Below, piece by piece: positions 23,070 to 36,783 of a stretch of 64,000 nt of DNA. Position 1 is the stretch's first letter. Every line of letters begins with the position of its first letter. A model generated the notes under the pieces. The model did not search any database and was not told the DNA's origin. It saw only the letters and a program-made list of their open reading frames with translations. The DNA comes from Peribolospora baueri. Its lineage: Eukaryota. Position numbers and translations under genes: made by a program. The DNA is taken from contig JAMDHS010000009.1 of assembly GCA_029717555.1 (NCBI GenBank), forward strand, positions 62,001-126,000, given 5' to 3'.

Positions 23070-25066
23070 ATGGCAAGGCCACAGCGCACGCTCAGCGCTG
23101 TGCCTTCGTCCTACATTCACGCACACTCCGTTTCCACCCGTCGCATGCTCGCCCGCCTCGGCAAATCCGACATCATCGAAACCGTGCTCGGATGGCTCGC
23201 CGATCCCAACGCACCCGAGCCCGCCTTGAGGCAAGCCGGCGAAAAAGAGGAAGAGAACGACAGGGCAGAGGATGCAGAAGAGTTGGCTGCGATTTACGAG
23301 GAGATGGAAGAGACGACCAAGCTTGGGAAGCATAGAGTTGTGGATCGTGTCGTGCAAGTGGACTGGGTGGGTGTTGGATGTCTTTTAGGAGTCATTGACA
23401 GAGCGTTTCGGGCCCGTTCATTAGTCGCCGTATTGCACTCCCCTTTTTGCGCTACAGCCTCTCGGGCTCTCTTATGGACAGATAGCCCAGCTAGATATCG
23501 CTTGTGAGAACGGCGTTTCACCTGCGTTCTCAACCCGCGGCGCTGTCCGCTGACGCGTCGCCTTGGACCCACCAGACCACAAATCACGCCCAGGATCACG
23601 AACATGGTCCGTACTCAAGCTTATATACCCCGGTGAGTGGTGCAGCATTTGATCTGTGCATCTTCGGACCGGTCAGACTGACTTTGAGTCGCATCTCCTT
23701 GTATGACTCGCGCAGACGAAAAGTCTATCCCCGCCACGTCCGCAAAACAACTTAAGGCGGCCTTCAGTGCCAATCTGACGCATTTCTTTCAGCATGTGAG
23801 CTGTTCACCTGTCACTTGATCATACGTATGTTCAGGTTTGTACTTATCTCACAGAGACGCTTCGCCAACCCTGTGCATAAAGCACTTGTACCTTGTACCT
23901 CATCCCGACACGCCCTACTTCCGTCTCACCATCCTCGACTCCTATTCATCCTCCAGCAACAACAACCAACAATCTCACGTCGCTCCAGCACCGGACCTTC
24001 CAGGTCCATCCCATATCATCCATCTCATCCCTTTGCAGAAAACGCCCTTCGTCCTCTTCGCAGGCGGCATCGGGCCTAGCGCGAAGGGAGACCGGGACTA
24101 TGTCCTCCAAGCATGGGCGGACGCGGCCGGCGCATCTGGGTTCCTTTTGGAAAAGGGCGACAGGCCGGCTGGCGCTGCGGCGGACGAGTCGGGTAAGAAG
24201 TTGGCGGTGATCATGAAGGGTAAGGACGTCAGTTCACTGAGGGAATTGCTGTTGGGCGGGAAGAGTGCGGGAAAGTGGGCAAAGTTGAGGAAGGGCGCCC
24301 GCGAGGCTGAGGAGAACCCGCTGCTGCCAGCCAGTAAGCGGAGACGAAAGGAGAGGCAGAGGGAGGAGGGTGAGTTTAGACGAACTTCGCGCTCCGCTAT
24401 TTTTTCCAGCCAGAGCTGACACGTTCGGGCTATGTCCGTCCCGCCTGCTCTCCTCCCCAGCTCTTCACAAAGAGCTAACGGCAACGTCTGACGGCCGCAA
24501 GCTATCGTCCGCGGAACTCGCACTGCGGACACGGCGGCACAAGGAAGCGTCGGATCTACTAGGAAGGGAAGAGCTTCCCAAGCTGGAGAGAGTCGAGTAT
24601 GAGGTGTGTCTCCGTCCGCTCCGTTTCTCGTCTTCCATACACGCTCGCTCGTCCGCTTCGGCGCTAACCAAAGAGACATCACCCGCTTCTCTCCGTCTTT
24701 CTTCCTGCTCGATAGCTTTCCCTTCCCTACCCCTCCCACCCTATCTATACCCTACCCTCCACCTACCGTCCCACCGTTCATCTCCGCCTTGCAGGCTCGC
24801 ACGTCCTACGCGGCCTTCGCACCATGATCGAGACCGGTCTCGCAGACGCGGACGCGGACGACGCCCAAGAGGCGAATGGCGATGGCGATTCTCAGCGCCG
24901 CGGCGGCGGTGGCGGTGGAGTACCGGCATGGCTCGCACTGGGACCTTTGGAAGAGGGAAAAGCAAAGATCAAGGTGGAATGGAGGGGCGACGATGCGAGT
25001 GGGGGCGGCGAAGGTGGAGGTGGGGGTGGAGACAGAGGCAGAGGCAGGGCCGAGGTGGTGCGATGA
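23070..25066 (+). CDS. CHL4: CENP-N / Chl4 / Mis15-like inner kinetochore (CCAN) protein, 6 exons
   Basis: Spliced LARLGKSDIIETVLGWL..VVDRVVQVDW|PLGLSYGQIAQLDIAY..RTWSVLKL..LPKLERVEYEL..VHLRLAGSHVLRGLRTMIETGLAD..VPAWL matches fungal Chl4 blocks as I recall them (RIL..DW..G.t..QLA.iD; GshVfaGir.L.e.G..D..P.W). Confidence 0.82.
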
Positions 25067-25450
25067 GCTTGTAATGTACCCTCCCATGTTAAATAAAAAA
25101 AAAAAAAAAAAACCGACTCGCTTGCTAGGCTTGGGACGCTCACGGACTTTCTCTCGGGGCTGTCTCCCTCTTCGTCGCTCGTCTGAGGAGCGTCGTGCGA
25201 GGAGAGAGGCACGGGAAAAACGAGATCGATGATTTGTGCCGAATCGATGTACTCGAGCACATTGGACGGCGAATGTCTCCAGTCGTGTCCCTCAATTAGC
25301 CCCCCATGTGGAAAGAAAGCAAATGCAAGGTATCAAGGAAGCCCTGACCTAGGTCCCTACCCCACTTGACCCTTCCCTCCCTTCTACATCCTCAATGCTT
25401 CATCTTCCGGGGCCCACCCACGATCGACAACGAGGACCGGGGGAGTGCCG

Positions 25451-27321
25451 CTAACGAAATAATCTCCCCACGCCCAGGCACATCCAACAGGTCGAGCTGC
25501 CGAACATGAAGAAATTCTCCACAGTGCCGAGTCCGCCGCATTCCGGACAGGGGCGCCCTCCGATGCCTTTGGAAATGAAAGGAAGTGGAGAGGGGTGAAG
25601 GTCAACGAAGACGCGGATGAAAGCAAAGACCGATCTGAAACGAAGACGAGGGATGAAGGCTCGCTCACGAGGATCGCCGGGCATGACCACGAGTGCGCCG
25701 GGCGGCGGGTGGCTGGTAACGTGAGGGTAGTGCGATGCGGGGGCATGCTGTTGGGGCGGATAATGACCTGGTGGGAAGGGAGACGCTCCTGGCCCGAAAG
25801 GCCCTCGTTGGCCGTGCCACTGCCTTTCGAAGCGATTTGCCGCACCAGGATACACATTCGTCGTTTCCATCCCTGTCCCCGTCGTAGGCAAGGGAGGTCC
25901 AGCAAAGGAGGGTAGAGGGGCTTGAAAAGTTTTCGAGCTTTGGCCCGTGGGGAGTCCCATTGACGCAGCAATGGCGCCAGAGTAAGGTTTGCTGTATTTG
26001 TCCCAGCACTGGCGGGTGCGAGGCAGTCCGAACGAGTAGAGAAGACGATGAGAGTCAACCACGCATACGCGGAGAAGGTTGAAAAAAAATCGAGCGGGAC
26101 ACAAACTCTATGCGCAACGCTATAAGGAGAGACGAAGACGCACCTTGCGACACGGATGCGAGGGGTCGAAATTCTTGTAACCTGTGTTATGACCTGAGGC
26201 GAGGGAGGGGTACCCATCCTCAGACGCTGACGACAACCAGAGCACGGCCCACGTGGACGATCAAACTCACACTTGGGACATCGAAACCCGGCCGGATACA
26301 CAAGGATCTTGCCTTCCTTGAGCAAAGGTCTTCCGGGCGTGGGAACGGTCGTGGGTCCGTGACCGGAGGCGCCAGAGGGTGAAACGGAAGGTGAATGAGA
26401 CTGAGGGGAAGATTGTGGTCCCGATGCGGCAGGCTCCATGGAAGGGCCGTTCGGCGGGGGAGGGGGTCGTGGCAGAACAGGTGGGGTGACGTAAGGGTCG
26501 GGGGAAAAGCCGCCGGTGGGATGAGAGACTATAGGAGGTGCCCATCCCCCTGTAGGTTGAGGGCCGATACCATGAACGGGTCCAATAGGCGGAGGATGCC
26601 AAGTGCTGGACGGTGGCCGCCACTCGGGTCCGTTGCCCCCGCCCGTTAGATGCGGTGGAATGCCGTGCCCTGAATGAAGTGATGGGTGTTGGGGAGGAGG
26701 CGCATAACCAGCCGTTCCTAGGCTGGGTCGTCCATTGTGTCCAGGTGGCGGAACTGCAAACGAAGGTCGGAGAGGACCATGCTCTAATGAAGTATCTCCT
26801 GAAGCGGTGGCGGTGTATTCGTAAGGCGGCGGGGGCTCGTCCGGAATGGGCGGGTCTGTGTCGGCTGGATCGGTGCTTGACGACCCGCTTGCGGTTGGAG
26901 TAGAAACCCCGCCGGAGGGAGAGGACAACCCTTGGGGCCCTGAAGTGGTATTCACCCTCGCGTTGGCTGGTACAGAGGACGTGGACGCACTGGAACGTGC
27001 AGAGGATGCAATAGGTCCAGCGTTTCGCGGTTGCTGTGATGGCGGGGAAGATAGACGGGAAGACGCCGTGGAATCGGTCGCCCGCTGCGGCTTCGCTTGC
27101 TCACCCGCTGATCCGCTTTGTGGTTGCTCTTGCTGCGTCTCCGTCGGCGCAGGCCCGGAGACGGTCGTTGGTGAAGGCGCAAACGTGTCGAACTCGGTAG
27201 CAGGGCTGGCAGACGAGGAGGAAGAGGTGCTTGCGCCGGTGTGGAGTGGTGTGATGTCGCGAGGACGGCGCGGGTCGGCGAACGGGTTGTTGGACCCTAA
27301 ACCGACGGCAGACGCGGACAT
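25451..27321 (-). CDS. Hua1-like proline-rich zinc-finger protein, 4 exons
   Basis: PPPPY motif, PTTVPTPGRPLLKEGKILVYPAGFRCPKCHNTGYK..PCRKCWDKY, GALVVMPGDPRIGGRPCPECGGLG..CWMCLGVGRLFR*. Confidence 0.85.
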
Positions 27322-27586
27322 GAGAAAACGGAGAGTGTACCTTAGCGGTAGAAGGAGTAGCTAGCAGAGCAGTAAAGAGAGCGAGGTGATGAACGTTGGC
27401 GGAACGCCGTCGTCGTCGCCGTGCAAGTCCAACAACGATCTGACTGACGCCCAACGATGGCAACCGAGTCGACGGTGCCTTATGCGGGTGATCGACGCCT
27501 ATCTCCGCCTCTCCCCGCGAGCAGGCCTCGCCGCTTCGGTCGAACAACGTCGCCGACTTTGTTCGCACCCACCATCCACTCCACCA

Positions 27587-28492
27587 ATGGACGGCCCACC
27601 CTCCCCGGCTTCCTCTGCGGGCTCCGCTCGCGAGGACAGACAAGGAAGGGAAGCGGAGACTACTCAGAATACCCCTGAGGAGGCAGCTAGGAGGCGGCTC
27701 GAGCAAGCCATACTCGCCGCTTGCAACTCGCTGTGGGACCTCGGCGTCGCAGCTAACGACGTGCAGGGCGAGGACGTCGTGGGGAGCATGGTGTGAGTGT
27801 AGCTGTGAGCGTTTCGTTGTTCCTTGAGGATGCCGCTACTTTTATCCATCTAGAGCTCACGAACCTCCTGTTTCTCACCTCGATCATCCTTTCTATCTTC
27901 GCAGGAATGATACGATCGCCCACCTCGCAAACTTGGACCAGCTGAAGCATACCGTGAACGGCATCCAGGTGCCAGCAAAAGTCATCGAGTGAGGGCTACT
28001 CCAGGTGGTCTGAAAGCATTCGTATGCGGTGCGAATAAGTCTCGTGTTTTACTTTCTTCGCTGCAGCTACGTCGACCAAGGCAAGAACCCGGACTTGCAC
28101 ACGCAAGAGCAAGTGGAGAACGTGGCTGGGGAGAATATGTACGTCAAGGCCAAGGTGGAGGGGATAGGCGTGAGTGTTTTATACAGCTGCGTTCCGGACG
28201 AGGGCGAGGTATCGTTTGTTTGACGCAGAACCCTTCCACCTCATTTCCCTATGCATTCCTGCCCCATTTCCAGAACTATCACAAATTGCTCTCCTCCGCC
28301 CTTTCCACGTCCTTCCCCGAGCTCGGTCCTCACCTCTCTCCGACGAAGATCGGATCGAGCGAGAATCAGACGTTGTCGCCTTCTTCACCGCCGCGAGAAC
28401 CGTCGAGGCCGGACGCGGAGGCCGCGAATGGGACGTCGTCGAGTGCGCATGAACCCGCTATGGTGACTTCGACATTTACAACTGATGGCTGA
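27587..28492 (+). CDS. MED10: Mediator subunit Med10/Nut2, 4 exons
   Basis: Spliced LWDLGVAAND..IQVPAKVIE|YVDQGKNPDLHTQEQVENVAGENMYVKAK..LSSALSTSFPEL. Confidence 0.9.
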
Positions 28493-29755
28493 GGTGGGCG
28501 GGACCTGCAAGGTCGATTGAGAGGCAGGCGATTGCGACAATGTTATCCTATCCTACCAGCGACGACGCGCCCTTCGCGACCGACGACAGTCTCCACCTTC
28601 GTTGCTCGATTACTGCCGTTCCCTGCTCACGTGCTCGTTTCCCTCGCGGTCACGAACACGGAGCAGCGCCTGCCTTCATCTGCCCTGTCCATGCACCTCG
28701 GATGACGAAGCAGTTGCTTCGGCTGCATCAGGGCCGACCATGCTATGGCGGGGCCATCCTGGTCCGCTCGACCGAGGCTCCTCGAGCGCAACATGGCGCG
28801 ACTCTGTGGCCGCCATGCCGACCAGACCCGGCTTGCTTTATTCTCATCCTGCCTATCGTCATCAGTCAGCATCCAACGCGGGTTTCCGTCGTTTCCCACC
28901 GATTGTCCGTGGCGATCTTGCCTGGGTTTGGACGATTCGGACGTTACGCACACGCTCTTACTGATACGTGGGGCGGACGCGCGCAATGTCCGGGCGGTGG
29001 GCGAGAGACTTGCGCAGTCGGCTCGACTTGGCCGTCGCGTCCGTGTGCTCGATTGTGGTCATGTACAGTATCTATGGACATGTTTGCCTAGAACGTTTCC
29101 GTCACGAAACGTGGTACATACTCGAGTATTGACGCGACGAGTCTGATTCCGGCCGTGTCACTCGAGTAGTCGATTGAAGCCTCTCTTCTCTGACTAGATG
29201 TAGTAGGCCTTGCCATCGATCGCCTCGAGTAAGCGATTACCCAGTCGCTGCTCGACCTTCTGTCCTATTCCTGTCCCTATCATTTCATCGCCCCTCTCCA
29301 TCGAGCCCACTCGCCGCCAGCTCGATCCGGACATCCCCAGCCCTCTCGTTCCGGACACCGGTAATGCGGCACGTTTCCTTTCCATTCCAATCTCGCAAAC
29401 CGCCGTCGAACACGCTGTAGTCCTGTTTACACGAAAAAAACCGAGCGAGCGCCGTCACCCCTCGGAGGCATTAAAAAGGAGTTATTCTTCGGAAAGAGCG
29501 TGTGTATCCGAGGCCGTCGAAACGCGTACGACGACGGCGTCCGAACCCTCCTAGCTATTACTACGACTGTCCATGCAGGAAGCGATAGGGACGAAATGAA
29601 AGGGAATCGTCAAAGGGGCCGCGCGCGCTTCGTGCGCCACCGGCGGTGGGTCCGGCCCAAGTCTGCGTGAGATGGCCGGCCTCGGGGAATAATGCGAAGG
29701 CCCGTGAGGAGGGAAGGGAAAGGGAAGGGCTTGGACGGTGGTGGTGCCCGTCTCT

Positions 29756-31331
29756 TCAGAGGGGTTTCTGGAAGGCGGAAATTCGGAAGAAAAGCGGAGA
29801 TCGTCGATGAGCTAGAAGGGCCCCAAAACGTTCGAATCCAAACGTGCTCGCCCATGGGCCCGCGCTCCATTCCATTCTCACCCTCGCCCAATAGTAGGGA
29901 TGTCGGACGGCCAAGGTAAGGGCCTTCGGCGATCGAAACTCCTTCCAAGACTGTTCGAGGACGGTGTCCCAGGCCTCCGGGCTCCCAATGCCGAGTTGGC
30001 GCGGTTTAACGGAGGCGGTGACGTTAGAGGCGTAGGCCCATCGCGGGACGGCCAGCGGGTCTTCGCCTCGACCAGGAATGTTGAGCACATCGCTCATTCT
30101 GACGATGCTTTCCTCTGACTGGATATCCACAAATCCGGCTTCGGCCAAAAGGTCGCCCAGCTCCTCGGCGACGCTGAAGAAAATGTTTCGCATCTTGCAA
30201 AAACCCATCGCAAAGTCCCAGGCTGCGTCCGACCACGATGCAGGCGTGTACGCACGGCTGTCGCCGTCGGCCTCCGTACCGCGACTGTTGGGGTGTGCGC
30301 CAGAAGGGCGGTCACCGGAAGCGGAAGACGAGTCTGCGGTCGCGGTCGCGGTCGCGCTTGCGCTTTGGGCGAGCCTGGCGTGATATTCCGACAACCGGGA
30401 GATGTCAAATTCGTCGAAAGGAGGCCGAGGCTGACACGCCAGCGATCGCCTTGAGATCAAACTCGCCCAACTGGATCCAGCCGCCCGGCTTGAGGAGGCG
30501 AAAATACCGTTTGAGCGCAACCCGCCACTGGTCACGCGTGAAGGCAAAGAACATGAGTCGCTGGTTGATGAGGTCGAACCGATCCGTCCAACTGTCTAGC
30601 AGCGTCCGCCTATCGTCCTCCATCTCGTCCGTGCGTAAGTTGATGACGCCTGTCCGTCCCCGGTCCTCGTCGCCCCCAATCACGAGGTCGGCCTTGTGGA
30701 TGCGGACATTGGGACCGTGGGGTTTGTAGAAGAGATGCGTCACCAGGTCGACGCCGTCAAACTGCGCGTTCGGGTACGAGCTTTCTAGGTCTCTGATCCA
30801 GCTGCCTGTGAGGGGGAGATGAGGGTGTATGGAGCGAGGAAGGAATGATCAGGACGGTGAAATGGCCCGGTCGGCCGGGTCGAGCTACGAAGAAGCGCGA
30901 CGAAGCACAGATGGGCCGGCGCCTCGGTCGGTCGGAGCCTGTCTTCATCCAGCTCACCGGTTCCCGTACCAGCGTTATGACTCGTACCGGCTCCTCCTCC
31001 GTCCCGGCAGCCAAGTCGACGGGGGCGAAGAGCAGTCGCTTGCCTCCGAACATGTGCCTCGAGATTAGGGATTGCAGGTCGAGACTGCAAAGGGGCCAGG
31101 AGGCGAGGCGGAGCGACGACGGGAAAGGAAGGGAGGAGGAAAGGGTGAGGAATCAAAGCGAGGGCTCTGCAGACGAGAGAGCGCTCAAGCGGACATTGGC
31201 CGTTCGCTCGTTACTGGAACGCACCGATATCCCTCCACGTCGTCGGAAGGAAAGTAGCCCGTCTGCCGCTCGTCATGGTGGAACGTCCTCTCTTTCCCCC
31301 GGCCCTCTGGGTCCTTTGGGTCGTCTGCCAT
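29756..31331 (-). pseudogene. LaeA-like (Methyltransf_23 type) SAM methyltransferase with a frameshift in motif I and a second frame break (or assembly errors)
   Basis: MADDPK..YFPSDDVEGYR|LDLQS..PVRVI[D]AGTGTG|SWIRDL..FDGVDL..FDLINQRLM..LLKPGGWIQLGE..LAEAGFVDI..YYWAR|KPL*. One base is missing at 30975/30976. A second frame change occurs around 30375-30460. Confidence 0.75.
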
Positions 31332-31563
31332 GAGCTATTGGGTTTCTGGCGAGGCGGGGGGGCGAGGGAGTGATGGAGGTGGTCGAAGACGTTGCTGACG
31401 GAAGGCGGAGTGGTCGAAGACGGCATCGGAAGATCGACATCCGGCCGGCCGTCGGGTACGAGCAATCGCCGAGTAGTCGATCATCGATCAGCCGTCGTGG
31501 AAGAAGCAGCAGCGAGAGATCGATAGCGGCGTCGCCACCACCACCACCCTCGCATCGCAAGCC

Positions 31564-32475
31564 ATGGCCGACAACCCCAACCCGGTGATCCATGCGCAGA
31601 CGGACGCACGGCTCAGGAAGGACGAGTGGGAGGACGAGTTTGGGAGCTTAGACGACGGGGCGGCAGAGGAGGAGGAGGACAGCTTGATCGACTCCAAGGA
31701 GATCTTTGGTCAGTGCCACACCGTCCCCGTCGTCGCTTGCTTTCGCCCCCGCTCACGTCTTCTCGCCATCGTCGCATGGACGGCCCGCCTTTTCCTTCCC
31801 GTTCTTTGCTCGCAGATCTCCTTCGCTCCATCTCCGACCCCGAACACCCTCTGACGCTGGAACAGCTCGCCGTCGTCTCCGCGCCTCAGATCACGGTGGA
31901 CCACGGGACGAAGCAGCCTCATGTGCTCATCGAGTTCACGCCCACCATTCCACATTGCTCCATGGCCACTTTGATCGGTGAGTGCAGTGAGCGCACGACG
32001 GCGTGGGCGGGCCGAGCGACGTGAGAGAGATGCGCACGAGCCGGTTGCACGAGCTGACTGACTGACTAACCCACCCTACCTTGGTCGCCTTTTCAACCCC
32101 CCGCCGCCTCCGCATGGTTCGAACCGAAAAGGGCTGACGCTACGAGTACGGCTGCTTCGTGCGCTTCCCCAACGTTTCAAGGTGGACATCAAGGTCAAGG
32201 AGGGCACGCATCAGAGCGAGAATGCCGGTGAGTTTAGTCAGGTCAACCGCAAGTCGCCTGGTGGCGGGTGGGTGGCGTCGTATCGCGTCTCAACCCCCAC
32301 CCCTACTTTTGCCTTTTCTCCTTCTTCACGCCTGCCCCGACGTCCGTCGGCAGTGAACAAACAGCTCAACGACAAAGAGCGCGTGGCGGCGGCGCTGGAG
32401 AACGGCCACTTGCTCGAGGTGGTTCACAACTGCCTCCGCACCGCCAACCAGCGCGGCAGACCCGTCGAAGCGTGA
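31564..32475 (+). CDS. CIA2: MIP18/FAM96B cytosolic Fe-S assembly targeting factor, 4 exons
   Basis: [86 protein letters not shown]. Confidence 0.97.
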
Positions 32476-32911
32476 CTGACGTACGTACGTCTTAAAACAT
32501 GGCGCGCCCCCGTGTACGTGCGTTCAAGGCCTCGTCTCGTCACCAGGTTCACACCATTTTCCGGATCGCATGTAGCATAGTCGATCGAACGAGCAGCGAG
32601 AATAGCTAGGGTAGGGGCGCCGGCTTTCCTGCGTCGCTCACCGCGCCAGGCGTGCACGCCACGCCAGCGACGGCAGTCTAACCGGCGGCCTTTGTGCATG
32701 TCGCCGCTCACCGCAAGAACGGCGCGGAGAAAAAAGAATAAAAATACAATAAACTAGAAAGAGATAGCGTATGTACGTGAGCACGTTACATCACGGAGGC
32801 GAGGTGGAGGTGGCGGTGCTCAGAGGAGATGGACGAAGCGCGCCCGCCCCCCGCCAGTCATGTGATGTGGGTGGGCGACGAACGTCATGAGAACGGGGTC
32901 GCAGACGAGCG

Positions 32912-35871
32912 TCAGGCGCCGTTCGCTTGGGAGCCACGACCGTCGTCCGTGTACGGCTCGGACAGCAAGTCGCCTTGGAGACTGGCTTGAATTTGAAGCG
33001 CGACGACCCGAGAGTAGTAGCGCGCAAAGGCCGTCTTTCTCGCGCGGGAAAGGACAAGATGAAAAGAAGGGTTACTAAAAAAACAAAAAAAAATTCGTAG
33101 GAAGACGTCTTGGGGCGCCTATCGAATCGAGGACCGCAGAAGCTACACTCACGTCGCCGCCGTGGAGCCAGAGATGAGGGACTGAAAGTGGGGTGTGATA
33201 AACCGGACCAAGGAAGGGAGGACAGGACGGGTCAGGGAAGACCTGCCAACCGTGGAACGTGCTGCCGGTGCTGTACGGCTTCGCTTCGGCACTCACCGCC
33301 TGTGTGCCGATACAAGCCAAGAACTTGCCCCTCCGAGTCGACACCGCCAGTCTCGCCGACGCGAGCGGCGACTTGGGGCGACACCAGTTTCTCGATCTCT
33401 CGACGGATGTTGTACTTTTCGAATCTAAGCTCGAGATGAGGCATCGATGGATCATCGCTCGCTCGATCGTCAGCTGTTGAATCCGGCCAAAAGGAGAGAG
33501 GGGCGAGTCGCAGGCGCCTCTCACCCCGTACACCAGACGATCACGTCGGCGTCCAACGTCCTTCCGTCTTCAAAGACGATGCCTTCCGGGCGGAGTTGTC
33601 GAATCGTCGTGCCGGAAATGACCTTGATCTGGTTCGGTCCAAAAAAAAAAAAAACGGGAAGAGAGGATGACGCGACACCGGTCCAATCCAACCGCCACGC
33701 CCGTTTCGTCCATCAGGAAAAGCCAGGACCGAGAAGGGTGAGCCGAGGAGACGCGCAGAGACGGACGACGACTCACTTCGCCGTCAGCGATCCTTTGTAA
33801 GCCGCCCGTGTCTAAGCATTGGCCGCCGCCTCGCACCAAGATGTGGTGGAAGAGGTCGCCCACACGCTCAGCCTTGAACCCGGCCTTTTCCAGTCCGTCA
33901 AAAAAGTCCCTGAAGGCGTAGCCGGTACGTACCCATGGCCGACGAGTGGGGGGGCGGCGGCGGGTCGAGCAAGTGAGCCTACGTCACGTTTTTCTCAAGT
34001 TGGGAAAGGGAACGTGATGAAACAGGGAGAAAAAAGACTCACGAAGGCTCTTGGGCTTGCTGGGCGCTCGCTCCCATTTGGAGGAGACGGTGGATGGCGA
34101 GTGGGGTGCCGAAGTGGAGTCGGTCACCAACATCTGGAGGAATGTGATCGTTATAGAAGACTGCGATCGGCACATGAGATGGCGGAGAAGCAGAGAAGGT
34201 GTGAGCGAAGGGGTCGATCTCGCGGAATATTCCACCGCCTCGTGGGGCATGTGGACCCTGGGCGGGCGGCGGAGACTCACTGCCTTGACCATGAGCCGCC
34301 TGGTTCATACGAAGGACCCAAGTCGGACTGCGTTGTACCATGGTCACACTGCTCGCGCCGGCGTCTGCAAGGCTCTCTCCGATGTCGTGAGCTGTGTCGG
34401 TGACGGGAGAAGGGAGGCGTCAACGTCTGTGGACGTTTGAGTCGAACTAGGCGGAGCGAGAGCAGGACAGTTTTGCTGATGGGAGCGCACCGGAATTGGC
34501 AGTGCCCACGACGACGGCCGCCTTACCCTTGAAGGGAAGGCCGTTGACGTATTCGGCGCTGTGCAGGGAAGCGCCTTTGAAGACGTCCTGGTAGAGGAAT
34601 GACGAGGAACAGAGAAAGCAGAGTTTGGTTCAGCATCGGAAGGAGGACCGGCGGCGGTCGTTTTCACTCACAGTCCCCTCCAGGTCTGGTATCGCCCTCG
34701 GCGAACCCAGGAATCCCGTGGTGAGTGCCAGATGCTTGGCCCAAATCGTCCTCGTCTTCTCCCCTGTCGCGTCGGCCACTTGGACCTCCACCTCCCAGAC
34801 ACCTTTCTCGTGAAACGAAGCGCGCGTGGGCGTGGCCGACGTGAGCACGGACAGACCGAGCTGCGAGGCGTACTTGGGATAGAAGGCGGCGAGGTCTTCG
34901 GCCGAGAGCAGGTCATAACACGTGGGATCGGACGCGGGAGGAGGATACGAGAGGATCGGAAGGTTGGCTAAAGAGAAAAGAGCAAGCGCACTCTCGGGGC
35001 TCAGCTGACGGTGCGAGGGAAAGGCGAGCGAAGGTGGCGCTGGTGGCGAGTCGACGGGGCACTTACAGTACTTTCGGATCGTGTGCAACCTCAGTCCTTC
35101 GTATCGGTTCCTCCAGTTGTCTCCCACCTGCTTGTTCCGCTCCACGACCAAGCTCTCCACGCCGAAGGACCTCAGTCGCGCGGCGAGCCCGAGTCCCGAG
35201 TGGCCCGCTCCGATGATGAGGACAGGAATGGGATGCTCGATGGTGTGCGAAGGCGACCCTGTCGCGGCGTCCAGGCCGGCCGAGGGCGGGAAGGACGCGG
35301 GGTCATGCAGAGGCGGGGGCAGGCCGGTGAAAGACTCGAGGAAGGTAGTGAACGTCCACGCTTTCCAGACGACCTCTCCACTCTCTGAGAGCTGTGCCGG
35401 GACGAGCGTGACGAGCCCGGAGCAATTCGCCTTGGGCTCGCCTCTTGTTTCGAAGCAGAACGCGGCCTGCAGCCATCCGAGCTGGGGCGCAACGTCGACG
35501 AGGTGTGCGGAGCCGCCGATGTAGTTCAGCGGGGACGGTTGTGCGCGGGGTACACGAGCGGCGAGGGCCGAGGCAATGGCGGGCGACGAGTAGAGAGTGC
35601 GGAGGGTGGAGGTGAGAGCGAGGTGATCTTGCCAGAGCGCTTCGGGGAGGAAAAAACCGTCGAGACGGGCGGCCGAAGTCTGGGACTCGCCGGCGGCACC
35701 GCCGAGGCGCCCAAACATGCCGAACAAAGCGGAGAGGAAGCGGCGAACGACGTCGGGGAGATCGCAGTCTGCGAGTGCAGCAAGCGGCCTGGCAAGCACC
35801 GGCGGCCGACCACCGGGAAGATCGGCGAGCTGAACGAAGGACGTGGGCTTGGGCGTGTTGGCAGAGAGCAT
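32912..35871 (-). CDS. Class B flavoprotein monooxygenase (type II FMO with long N-terminal extension), about 10 exons
   Basis: FAD site VLIIGAGHSGL, VGDNWRNRY, FMO fingerprint FKGASLHSAEY, NADPH site VVVGTANSAHDI, DADVIVWCTGF, ARYYSRVVALQIQA. All exon phases are compatible. Confidence 0.9.
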
Positions 35872-36783
35872 GGTGAGGGGGGGCAAGAGCGGCAGTGCTT
35901 AGGGCAGCTGGCCAGCAGTTCGAAGGGGTGAGCTATAAAGCGATGAGGAGGCGAACGGCACGACTCGTTCGTTCGTCCATCCGTCCGTTCGTCCGTCCAA
36001 CCGACTCGCTCGTCTCGACTCGACTCGACTCGTCGGGACGAGCCGCGGCCTGTGCATGTGGTCATCATGCCTGTTGCCGCCGGCCCCCCCCCCGGCGTGA
36101 GGTGGTCGATAATTGCACCTTCCGTGAGGTGCGTCCGCCGTGCGAGGAAGCCCCCGCACCACTTGCGGAGGATGTCACATTTCAACCGCCTTGCCGCAAT
36201 CGAGTGCTCTCCGTACGACCCCGGGTATTGATGGAAGAAAGAAAGCAAGAAGTAAAGGGCCGCTAGCCTCGTCCCTCCTATTGTCGATCTCCCAAACGGA
36301 AGTATTCCCAAGCGTTTCACTTCCCTCTATTCATACGATTACCTTTGTTTAGGCGACTACCGGCGCTGGCTGCGCTGCGGCCGGCCTGGAGGCTATCCGG
36401 AGAGCAATCAGTGTCGATATACGGCCGGGGCCGTCTCGGGACAGATAGATGGAGATCCGGGAGCATAGAAAATTCCGACCCATCCACATCCGTCCCTCAT
36501 GCCCTCATGCCCCATGTAACGCTAGTGTCATATCGTGGTCGCAATCGAATGATGCTGATGATTGCGCTCACAACTTTGATTCGGAGCAGCGCCAAAAAAG
36601 GAAGGGAGTTAAGTGTCGTATGATATGTATGATACAAGGACGTCGTCGCGCCGGATAATTATTGCGTGCTACAGTTGTGGCCGCCGATGAGGCGGCCGAG
36701 ACGACGTATGCAAACGGAGTTCGGAAAAAAATTACAAGGAAGCGGGAAGGCACCGTACACAACATCGACGTCGTTTCATTGGC

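Noticed and set aside
28493..29755. ORFs between MED10 and the methyltransferase pseudogene
   Set aside because: No motifs, coding-like composition or splice structure. Treated as intergenic/UTR.
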